DNA of 64,000 bases, from assembly GCA_016748015.1 (NCBI GenBank), contig JAAOMT010000446.1:125752-189751 (forward strand). Reading direction: 5' to 3'. This DNA comes from Geosiphon pyriformis uo1 (Eukaryota > Fungi > Glomeromycota). The position numbers and the translations under genes were made by a program. The notes under the pieces were generated by a model. That model searched no databases, was not told the origin of the DNA, and worked only from the letters and a program-made list of their open reading frames with translations. Shown in pieces: positions 1 to 11,786 of this stretch (its first letter is position 1; every line of letters begins with the position of its first letter).

Positions 1-172
1 GACAAGAATGCTCAAAATTTCTATCAAGGGAGAAATCTGATGATAATCTTTGCTCTTTTCTAGAATCATTTTTTGTTAAAGACAGATTTGAATCTTGTTG
101 CAACATAATTGAAGTGGTTTCTAGTTCACTTTTGGAGGTTGGTAAGGCATTTTCGAGTGTTGATGGATCCAT
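1..172 (-). CDS. 5' part of an unknown gene running off the window edge (MDPSTLENALPTSKSELETTSIMLQQDS...)
   Basis: ATG at 172 with an open frame to position 1; GT..AG 5'UTR intron 345-184; TATAAAAG at 594-587 on the minus strand. Confidence 0.5.
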   Translation of the reverse strand, partial: MDPSTLENALPTSKSELETTSIMLQQDSNLSLTKNDSRKEQRLSSDFSLDRNFEHSC

Positions 173-814
173 TCGTTGTGAACCTAAATTCCAATGAGTA
201 AGAAAAATTGGATAAGTTTTCATTGGGTTGCAATCAATAATCGGATTTAACACATATCACGAATGAAGTTTTACGTCTTTTTTTTATCAAATAGAAATTT
301 ACTTTACAAACATATATATTTGAAATTTTTTTTATTTTTAAATACCTTTTGTTTTATTCATCTTTTATATAGCTTTGGGAAAGTTTTCCTCTTAGTTTAA
401 CCAAATTTATAAGAACAAATTCTGATTTCAAAGATCTTACTATTTTTGCCTATATATTCTGGGCTTAGCTTATGTGAGAAAAGAAAACAAAAAAGCCCAA
501 CTTTTGATTTCAGAAAAAAACTTTTTTCAGGAACACAAGTGGCTACTAGGACGAGTGGCAAAGGAATTAAAATCGGGGGCTTCATGCTTTTATAGGTAAA
601 GGTTGTTTACATTGTTAAAAATTGAATATATATTAATGAGATAATAAATAAACTTGATATCTGAGATGAGACGAGATATCCATTTCCTGGACTTTTCGAC
701 CTTTATCAGTTTATGTGCTTGCAAATTTCGGGAAATTACGCCGCATCCCTTTGATTATGGAGATTGCACTAAAATGAATTCAGCCTTTTGATAACTGATC
801 AATAAAAACAAAAG

Positions 815-850
815 CTGATTGAACTGATTGAACTGATTGAACTGATTGAA
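815..850. repeat. Tandem 9-mer (CTGATTGAA)x4
   Basis: Read directly from the sequence. Confidence 0.9.
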
Positions 851-1864
851 ATGATTATGATTGAAATATTTTCTATTTTTTAAAAAATCCTGTTAGATTG
901 TAATCAATTTTGAAAAAATATTTTTTGTTCAAATATATATATTATTTACTTTGAATTTAATTCAATTATAATCAGTGAAAGTTAAAAGTAAATAATATAA
1001 ATAACCTTGAGCATGAATTGAATTAAAATAGTTAACAGCATTATGTCGTCAAAATAGAACCTTATATAATAGGTTTTTTTAGATAACAAAAAATGAACTA
1101 TATTGCTGTATAAAAAAAAAAAAGTCATAATATATTTAACCTTTTTAAAATTTGAAAAATTCTGTTAAAGACCAAAAATAATTCTTTAATATTATTAATA
1201 TAATATCAAATTCTTAAATGTAAAAAGATGAAATAATACATATATTTTTTAATATTTATAATAATTTAATTTGAATATATTTAAGATTTGTAAAGAAAAT
1301 TATTATTTTCAAAATATGAATAATAATTTATACATTTTAATTAAATTAATATATATATGTCAAAAAAATTCATTTCTAAAGATATTGTAAAAAAAAATTA
1401 TTTTGAAAACTTTAAAAAATAAATAAAAAAAGATTATATTTTTTATTAAAAAATATTATATATGAAAAGATTATATTTAAATAAACAAATTAATTATTAT
1501 TATTATTATTATTATTAAAAAAAAATTAATATTTTTTTATTTTTGTAAATAATATATATATATACATATTATTAATTCAATTATTTATTATAATAAATTT
1601 TATTCATATAATTACTTTTTAATTTATAAATTAATTTTGATTGAAAATCAATAATAAAAGATTTTTTAATAAAAAATTATTTTTAATATTAATAATTATA
1701 ACTTTATAATTAATTAAGTGATCGATATTGTACCCTTTGTTTAAAGTCTTTATACTACTAAAGAGCTTTAGAATAGATAATGTTTTTTAAAAATTTTCTC
1801 TTTAAAGAATAATCATCAATTAAATATAAATTTTTTAAAGATTAAAAATTATTCAAGTTTTTTT

Positions 1865-3574
1865 TTATATTGCTAAATCTTCTTCATCGTTAGGTATTAA
1901 TTCACTTCCTATTCATTTGATAAAGATAATAGAAGATGAATTAATAAGTTATAATAACTTTGACAAGAACTAGAAACAATTTGATCAAAATACTTACTTA
2001 AATGATCGGAAATTAATGAACTTGCAAGTTTTCTGTCAATTTTGGAATTTAATTCGTTCAGAAGATGAACAAGAATCCGATTCTGCTCTGCTATTTCTAA
2101 TTCAATTGTGATTTGACTTTTGGTTTTTGAAGAAACTTTTGAATCTTCATAATAACTAGTTTTCCATTCAGTTTGTATATCATCTAATTTCTCAGCTGAT
2201 GGACGATTTTTTGGATCAACATTCCAACAACTTTTTATAAGTTCCCTAAGTAATGGCGGTGTATCCTTGGTGAATTCAGGACGAACACCATCACAAATTT
2301 CCAATGCCAAATGTGAACCTTTTGAAGCATTGAAAAAGGGTCTCAGACCTGAGGTAATTTCCCACATTACCATACTGAAAGAATAAATGTCACTAGCGGT
2401 CGTATGGACCCCTGTTCGTATAGTTTCTGGAGCCATATATTGTAAAACTCCTCGTATATCAGTTTTTGAAGAATTAGATTGTTCATTAATATGTTGTGAA
2501 AGTCCTAAATCTGCAATATAGAAACCAAAATCATCGCATAAAATATTCCCAGCATGTATATCTCGATGAACAAGTTTAGCCTTGTGAAATGTGCAAAGAT
2601 CCTTCGTGAGTCCAAAAATCATTTCAAATCGTTTTTCCCATGTGAAGTCAAGAAAATGATTGCGAAGATAGTCTCGTAAATCTCCGTGAGTGGCAAAATG
2701 CATCACAATCATGTATTCAGCCTTTGTTGGATCGCGCGTAACACCAAAACAAGGAAGACTTCTTGATTCTACTGTGAGACATTCATACAATGCATTTAAC
2801 TTTGAGGTTGGAAATAATTAATTTTTATTTGATTAGTTAAAGAAATATTAAGTTTCCCTGTTCAAATAAAAAAAAACTTTTTAAACGAAAAATACATTTA
2901 CTTACTTCTTTCAAAAATTTATCAGGCTTAGGATCATTCTTGGCAGCATTTAGTACCTTTAAGGCAATTTTTTGTGGACCGCGACCTATGCGTTGGAATT
3001 TCTGTTCAGATTTATCGTAGTGCCCCATTCCTTTCAAAATATGACCTCGTTTCCATATTGCAGATTTCACAGATCCATAAGCACCAGAACCTATCACTTT
3101 TATTTCAGAAAATTCATCATATGAAATCCATTCCAGAACCTCTTCCTGAGTTTTAGCGTTGGTTTGAGTAAACTGTAAAAATTTATCTATTTCAGAATTT
3201 CCACTAGTCCAAGAAGAGAAATTATTTTTAAGGGCCTCAACATCACACTTGTTGCACCAATCTTTTCCCGTATTCGGTTTATGACAATTTGAACAGTTTC
3301 CAAAATTTTCGAATTTTTGTTTGTCTATTACTTTACGTTCTCTTTTAATTTTATTTATACGTCGATAGTTGGAGAATTCTGGCAACACATCGGGGGAAGA
3401 TTGAGAATTCTTTTTAAACTTTTTATCACACGAAAATAAAGCTTTTACAACACGTTTTTTCAATTGTTTTACAGGATTAAATGATACCGTTTTAATCCTA
3501 AGTTTAAAGGTTTTATTTAAGGCAGAAATATGATGGAAAAAAGTTTTTTGCTTGTTTTCACTTGCTTGAATCAT
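1865..3574 (-). CDS. Tyrosine-kinase-like Ser/Thr protein kinase (Glomeromycotina-expanded type), 3 exons
   Basis: CxxC..WCxxC pre-domain, WTSGNxxID, LEWI, GSGAYG, IALK, HRDIHAGN, DLG, APE, DIYSF. Introns 2905-2800 and 1997-1909 join in frame; the last exon 1908-1865 reads RSELIPNDEEDLAI*. Start at 3574 (or 3679). Confidence 0.9.
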
Positions 3575-6500
3575 TTGGTATTTTTTTGTTTGATTAATTA
3601 TTACTAAATTATTGAGAGAGATAGCAGCCAAGAGACCTTTATATATTTCAATGATCGTGGTACATTCTGAAAATCTCATTGAAATACCTTAATTCGCGAA
3701 ATACAATGGGCCAAAAGTCTAAACATTACATAATTTCAGAAGTGTTTATTTTATGAATATCAACCCAAATGTGACTCGGAAATTATTATTATTAATGTTG
3801 TTATTTATTTCAACGATATTCCTTTTTTTAATGCTTTAACCTGTCCAAAAATGACTGATTTGTTTGGACATTCAATGAAAGTGAAATAACAATTATTTTC
3901 GGCCGTAGCCTTTAATTTATAGGTAATGATTCGGTTTGAAAGCTGAGTAACTAAAAATGATTTTACCTGCTCATTTTAAAAAAGATAATTGATTTTAAAT
4001 AAGTCATGTTGCTGGGTGCAATTACATAATTTTAGGCACATGGTTAATTCGGCTCTTAATTATTGGATTGGCTTTTTTTTTTAATAATTCAACGTGGTAA
4101 TTTTTCAATATTATTGAGTAGAAAAGTATAAAAATAAAAGATTATTTAGAAAGATCATGTTACATATGAAATCACTTGATAATAGTAACTTGATTTAGCA
4201 ATGATATCAATAAATGCTTATGCTAAAAATATGTGACAAGAGTCTAAAATTAGAAATATCTAATTTTAGTGAAAGATTATTGTAATGATCCATATTTATT
4301 TGTGTATTAATTTATAATTCCAAAAAAGGAACTAAAAAAATTTCTAAATTAATTTATATGTTTTAAACTTTTAATTTCTGGCTAAATTTTCAGAGTTTTA
4401 CATTTTGTTGATTTCCTTAAAATTTTATAAACTTTTTATTAATAACAAATATGATATTTAGAAAACATATTTTAGACCCCAAAAATCCTAATATTGTACT
4501 AGGAAATAAATGATAAATTTTAATTTTTCTAAAAAATTAATAGGTCAAAATATTTAACTTTTTTTAGAGTTTAATAGCAATGTAAAGGTTTTGTTGTAAA
4601 ATTGGCCATAAAAATTTTTTTTAAAAATCATATTGTTTTGTCTAATAAGACCCAGTCAGGCTGAAAAAAATGAGTCCATGGACTCAATGATGCAGAATTT
4701 TGCATTTGCTATTCTTAATATGGATGAAACCATGAGTTTTGAAATAATTTTCGAAAAGCGATTGTACATTAGTGATAAATTTTTAATTCAAAACAGAGTG
4801 CTACCATATAATATTTGTCTCATTTCAAAAAGACTATTAAAAAAAATAGCATATTCAATAATAATATTTGATACCACATCTACGGTAAAATTTGAGCTTT
4901 TCTAGTGTTCTCGAAAAAGCATTAACGAACATTTCACAATTGAAGAGAGTTAAATAATATTTCTAATTCACAAGTTAATTCTAACAAGAGTTATTTATCT
5001 TATGAAGATTCAAAAAGGTATAATCTATTCGGCAATTCTCTTCTGAAATCTAATAATCACAACGAAATAGGATCGATCAATTTTTCCAGCCTTTCTGAAC
5101 AGAACTCTGATTTTATTTTTTCAAAATTGATATTATAAAAAACTTGAAATTTTTAGTAAATGTTTTGACTGGTTTTTGATAATTTTAAATTAGAAAAAAA
5201 CTTTTGATTTAGACAATTTTAAATATAAATTACTGAAAACTAGTCGAGTTGATTAAATTATTGGCATTTATTACTGGTTTAAAAAAATATAAATATAATT
5301 TTTTTTTGATGGTTGTATTAACAGTTTTAAAATAATTACACAAAATTTTAATTATATATTTTATTAAATTTTTTTAATTGTAAATTATTTAATTTATTAT
5401 TTTAGGTTTAATTATCATATTAACTTAATTCCTTTTAAAATTTCTAAAGAATTATTTGTAATGCTTTTTATTATTTTAACATTTTTATTAATACATGAGA
5501 GATATAAAAAATTATAATTTATATTTAAATTTTTTTTTTAAAACAAAAGATAAGAATTAGCGCCAATTTTTTAATTTTTATTATTTAAAGAAGACAAGTT
5601 TTGTTAACCAGACCCCAAAAATCTTTAAGAAATTTTATCAAAAATAAAGAAAAATATAGAATAACAAAACATTAAAATTTAACATGCGGTTTAATGTATT
5701 ATTATGAAATAATAATTTTTTGAAACATTATAAATTTATAAATTATTTTGAAAAATGATTTGAATTTAAATATAATGAAAAATTTATTAAATATAATGAA
5801 AAATTTATTAAATAAAATGATATCAATTTATTAAATAAATAATATATATATATATATATTTGAAATGTGAAATAAAACTATAAATATTAAATTTAAAATA
5901 TAAATATCTACAAATTTTACAATCAAATACAAGATTCGACAAAAAAAAAATATTAAAAATAAAAAATCTAGCATATTAAAAGAAATAAATAAAGTTACTA
6001 AATATGAACCAATATTTTGTTTGTTAATCTATACTTAATTACTGATTAAGATCATTAAATTTTATAAAATATCTTTATAATTTTTCAATTTTCTTCTAAA
6101 ATTAATATAATTATTAATTGGAATTCAACTTCAACCTTTTTGAAAGCATGTTGGTTTAATAAATAGTTTTTTTGCTTTGAAAACTCGGTAAAATATTTAA
6201 TAATGTTATCAAAAAAAAAAATCAAAAAAAATTTTTATAAGCAAAAAAAATTATAAAATTTATCAATTTGGTATTTCATATTTGTAATTGCTTATTTTCA
6301 ATTGATTATGTTTGTTTATTAATTTAATTATTGATAATAAAATATTAATTAATCTTTTCTATTGATTATATTTCAATATTAACAAATGAATAATTATAAA
6401 ATCTTTCAAAATTAAAATAAAAATTGTTTTTAATTATAATATAATTAATTAATACATGTATTTTTATTAAAAAATTTTTACATGAAATTTTTTCAAGTTT

Positions 6501-8535
6501 ATATTTTGTTTGTTCAATTGTATACTTTATTAATAAATTAGATAATTTTAATTTTTTTCAAAAAAATATATAATTTTTTGTAAAATATTGATATTTAAAA
6601 GTTTTTTCAAACAATTTAATGAAACATGTTTTATTTAACATTTCCAAATTATATTATTTTTAAATCAAAAATATATCAAGATTTTTAACATATTAATCTT
6701 GAGTATTTTTTTTAGATAAGAAATTCACTTTATTATGGATATTCAAAAATTTTTTTAAGTTTTCCAATGTACCAAGTCATTACAAGAAATTAGATAATTT
6801 ATATGAGCTATTATTTTTATTACGCGCATAAGGTAATTAATATAATATGCTCCACAAATCAGATTGAAAATAAGATGTTTACTTAAATAAATTAACTATT
6901 TTCTTTGTTCAGATTTTATTTATTTTAAACGTGAAATGATATCGATATAAACCTTTGCTGGTCTCTTTTTTAAATTTATGGAGCAATTTCCCTTCCAATA
7001 ATTTTTTACTTTCACTCATATAAATGAAACCGGTCTCAATCTTTACATATTTTTATCCTAAAAGGAATCCACGTTTCTTGGTGTGTACGTAACTTGAATT
7101 TTAATAATTAATAGATAATTAATGGGACAGTTTTAAACGCATGAAAAGCTTGGTGGTGTTGCCGGGAATTCCGTAAAGTAATTAGAAAATTTGAGATTTA
7201 CCGTATTCTTTAAAAGTCAGACATTCAGATCTTTTTAGAAATGATACATGCATGTTAAATTCATTTATTAGGCTTCTTAGATTTCAAAGATTCACTCAAA
7301 ATGGGAAAATGGCGCTTTCTTGCGTTGAACTTTTGTTATTGACAAACAAAAATTTCTTTTCATGAAACCCCCTCAAGAGGATTGCTTTTTCTGGAAAAAT
7401 TAAAATTTATAATATGTTTGCAGAGATATACATGGATCATAAGCCAATAATACTCCTTGAAAATTACGAAATTCTCATCTAAATCCCAAAATTTTTACGG
7501 ATAATCGCTCCAATTTAACCTGCAAACCGCTGACAATGAGCAAATGGGGATTGTAATTTGATGAATAAAATTTTCCATGCACAGCTTAACCTTCACACTT
7601 ACCCAACCAAAGAAGCTCAAAACAAAAGGTTTCGAAACTCACTTGGGTCAAAAAATTAAATTTTCGAGGATCTGATTGCAACAAAATTTTTGAATCGAAA
7701 ATTTTGGCGATAATATGTAAATATATCATGATTCAAGTTTCCAACAATAAAGATTCTGCTCAAAGCTGAAAATACATTTCTGTAGAAAAGCATTAAATGG
7801 GAAAGAAATTCAAGTAAATTAAAAGCGAAAAAGATCAGATCATTATAAGGCAAAAAGAGCTAAAATCTTGAGCTAATTGTTAACTTGAAATCAAATTCCT
7901 TTTGAAAACAAAAATACAGTTTTAACAAACAGACAAAGAACCTGCTTATTTTGCCGAAATCTTTGTTCTATGAAAAGTTCTGTTTTGAGAATTAGATTAG
8001 GAATTTTGTGAACCATTGTGTTGATCTAATGCTGAATGTTGAATGCTGATAAGCTTTTCTTTTTTTTTTTTTTCTTGTATTTCTAATAATATTGCTGCAC
8101 CCAATTAGGCTCATCGATAAATCAAAGACTCATGGTTTAAAAAAGAAACCCAGTTGGAATAAATTCCTAAAGATTTTTGTAAATCAAAGACCTGATATAT
8201 CAACTTAATATGTACAAGAAATAATGAAATTAAAATCTTACCCTTAGGTGGCAAATTAAAAGATGACAAAGAGCATTTTAATTCTGATAGTTCGTTCTTT
8301 AGAAATGCTAAAATTTGAGAACCGTGATCTGATGATTATTATATGTTTTTACGATTCATCCAAAAATTTATGTTTTAGCAATTGTCAGCTAAAATGCCTA
8401 TAATTCCCTTTTTTAGTGTTTTGAAACCAATTAAAAGTTATTCATTTCAAGAAAATTTCATTTTTGTGTTTGAAGTAAAAAACAGCTTTTAAATTAATAT
8501 TTGTGTACGCACTCCATTGTTTATATTCTTGAGTG

Positions 8536-8557
8536 ATTATTATCATCATCATCATCA

Positions 8558-8589
<32 letters not shown>

Positions 8590-8619
8590 GTTATTATTGT
8601 TATTATTGTTATTATTATT
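8536..8619. repeat. Compound (ATT/ATC/GTT)n microsatellite
   Basis: Read directly; it explains the spurious poly-Ile/Met ORF 8442-8624. Confidence 0.9.
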
Positions 8620-9597
8620 GGCAAAATAAAATTTTAATAATTATGTTAAACTTTGAAGATTTTAATACGTTTTTTTGAATTCAAATTTTTGATTTTTGAA
8701 CCAATCCGGATGCTTAGCCATGCGGTGTATAATGGAAATTTAACTTTTCGTGTTTAGAGACATTTTCCCAATTGATATTAATCAAAGATTCAAAACTAAG
8801 TTGATTTTGACTAGCTGCATTTTTAAAATATATCGCCCTTTAAATTACTCTGTTCACGATTAAGAAATATTTCATACGGAAAAATCACAAGAGATCGAAA
8901 CTTTGAACATACAAAGTTAAAGAAAAGAACAATAAAAGGTTATTATTTACAAACAGATGTTTAGGTTGATTTCAACTTTGGTTAGCATTTCCATTATAAA
9001 ATCACGTTGAATGATGGCATCGGAAAATATCATTGCCAAATTTTATGTAATATTGGGAACAAAGACGAAACAAACAAAGGGTCTTTTGATCTTGTTTGTT
9101 TATCTTTTTTGGAGAATCATTAAAAAAAAAATAGAAATATATGATCTCACCATTTTTGTCAAGTATCGTTTGAGACTCATACAATTTATAAAGTTTGAAA
9201 ATTCAAAGCATATTTTCAACCGTCTTAGGCAGAGATCGATAATGCATTCGAATTTGATGTACCCCTCTCAGTCCTTTCTCTTTAAAGTTTGAAGTTTAGA
9301 CTTTTAGGACAGAAGCCCGTAACAATCAAAATTACATTACCCCAAGGCGATTTCCGGACCCATCTCGGATAGTTGTGACACTTTAAAAACACATCTAAAA
9401 TAACTAAAACCCTATTTGACATATCAGGGACGATTGTCGTCATTTTTCCAAGGAATGACGATTAAAAAATTTTATTCTCATCACAAATAATATTCCAAAA
9501 AACATATAAGGACAATATGTCGTGGAAGAAGTTATCGTTCTAACGTAAGAAACACTTTAGAAATTTTATTGAGTCCAAGATAAAACCTTTTAACAAA

Positions 9598-11017
9598 ATG
9601 AATTATGGCTATCTTTTTCTGGTTATTTCTCAGGTTTGTATGAAAAAAAATAAAATAATCAAATAAAAACATGATAATGATTATTCAATATTCTCTTTAA
9701 TTTTTGTTTAAAGTCAAGTGCCCAAATTTTACTGATTTGTATTGCGGGCTATGTTTGCGCGAGAATAGGATTAATTAATTCTACGGTGCAAAAGGTAAAT
9801 TGCGTCGATCTGAATTTAATCGACTTTTAAAATAACGATAATATCTAATCTGTTTGTCAAAATATAGGGTATATCAGAATTAACGGTTTCATTTTTGATG
9901 CCATGCCTACTTTTTTCTCAAGTCGCGTCTGAAGTTGACCTCGAAACACTTGTACGTCTATGGCCAATTCCGGCATTTTTCTCGGTATATGCAATAATTT
10001 CTTACGCACTGGGTGAATTTGGTGGGAAAGCACTACGACTTCAAAAATCCCAACGGAATTTTGTATCTGCTGGAATAATTTTCAATAATCTGACGAGTAT
10101 ATCAGTTGGCCTAATTCAAAGCATCGAGAAAACGGATGTCATTGATATTTTGCTTTGGGGTAAAGATGATAAACCTTCAGAAGCTGCTTCTCGTGGCATT
10201 TCATATACCTTATTGGCCACCCTTTTAGCCAATCTACTTCGGTAAATATTTAAATCTAATTTCTTAATCCAACTTAATTCAAATAATCCTCAATCTTGTT
10301 TACTATTTTTAAAGATGGAGTCTCGGTACATATTTATTACGAAAACAAGACGAAGAGACCCACATAAAACCCTTAGTTGATCTAGAGGAACATAAAGCGG
10401 AATATTTTACATCAAACGGAAAATCATCCGCTGACGAAACAACTCCCATTTTACGATCACAAAATGCCCAATCATCCAAATCATCATTCCACTTTTTAGT
10501 CAAATTCATGAGAAAAATAATGAATCCACCTCTGTATGCCGCTTTAATAGCTCTCGTTGTCGGTACAACTCCTCAACTAAAAAGCCTTTTTTTCGGACCA
10601 CATGCACCATTCTACCCGACTATTACAAGAGCAATGATTTTCATAGGAGATACCGCAGTACCATTAACATTGCTAGCATTAGGTGCACAATTGAACAATC
10701 AACCTCGCAAGGAAGGACGCCAAACATTTTCTGCAGTTTCTTTGGTTATGACTGGTCGATTTCTCATAATGCCAATTATTGGTATCTCATTAGTTATGCT
10801 CACTCGATCATGGTACATTGATGACCCAATGTTATGGTTTGCGTTGATGCTATTTGCTAGTGGTCCAACAGCCGTTAATTGTGTAAATATTACGCAATTC
10901 ACTGGAGCTTTTCAAGATGAGATGGCTACGCTCTTGTTTTATTCATATATAACTTTTGCCCTTGGGTTAACTTTCAATGTGATGGGAATGTTTTTTATGA
11001 TTAGTAAAGTAAAATAA
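9598..11017 (+). CDS. Auxin efflux carrier / PIN-LIKES (Mem_trans) family membrane transporter, 4 exons
   Basis: Exons 9598-9633, 9714-9794, 9868-10241, 10315-11017; motifs MPCLLFSQ, FNN, RWSLG, MNPPLYA, GDTAVPLTLLALGAQL, RFLIMP, DDP, SGPTA. Confidence 0.88.
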
Positions 11018-11286
11018 GAATAGTAACAAACCATTCTTTTTAGACTTTGTAAATACTTTTTATTTATTTATTTATTTATTTGTTTATTTAAGGCAGAATT
11101 GTTAACAGTTTTTGTTTATTGGACACTCGGGGAAAAAAAAAAGCTAAAAACTAGAATATTCGCAACACTCCTGACTAACGGCTAAAAAATGCCGGTTTTT
11201 TCTCATAAAAAAAATTTAATTTGAAGCCAATAAGAAGCGTTTCAAGAAATAAAAAATTTTACAATGAAAGTGTTGAATTTTGATAT

Positions 11287-11786
11287 TTAAACATGACCAT
11301 TTTTGCTCCCGTTGTTTGTTCCTAAATAAAAAAAATTATGATTAATTAATAATAGATAGATTAAGTTACTTACCATTTCAACTTCCAAGATTATTACTAC
11401 CGTTACTACTACCATTATTTATCCGTTCTCTGTTGGAGCCATTCCAAGAACCATTATAGCTACCGATGTTCTTGTTTCCGTTATTTGAACCACTTCCAGG
11501 ATCTGTACTTCCGACATCATTATATGAGCCATTGAAATGACCAATATTATCATTTCCGTTATTCGTTCCCAAGTTTCCAACATCGTTACTGCTTCCAACG
11601 TTATTAGAACCGCCGTTATTGTTTCCTACATTTTCTTTACCTGTATTACCACATCCTACATTGATAGTGTCTGCTCTGCAATCTGTTTGTCTCTTTATTT
11701 CTACGGGGACTGGTGTTGCTGAGACATTGAGTTTCACTGAGAGAATGATGAATAAGATGAAAAAAATTTGCTAATTTTCGTAACAT
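11287..11786 (-). pseudogene. Small secreted Asn/Gly-repeat protein with a frameshift in the signal peptide and an in-frame TGA
   Basis: ATG 11786; one extra base in the A3T7 run interrupts MLRKLA..FFILFIILSVKLNVSA-TPVPVEIKR; GxxNG repeats follow; TGA at 11380-11378 where the repeat predicts W; intron 11373-11322, then TNNGSKNGHV*; TATAAAAA at about 11931-11924. Confidence 0.7.

Noticed and set aside
4450-5100. ORF 4633-4905 and MITE-like sequence
   Set aside because: No protein motif; I could not find TIRs, a TSD or a second copy
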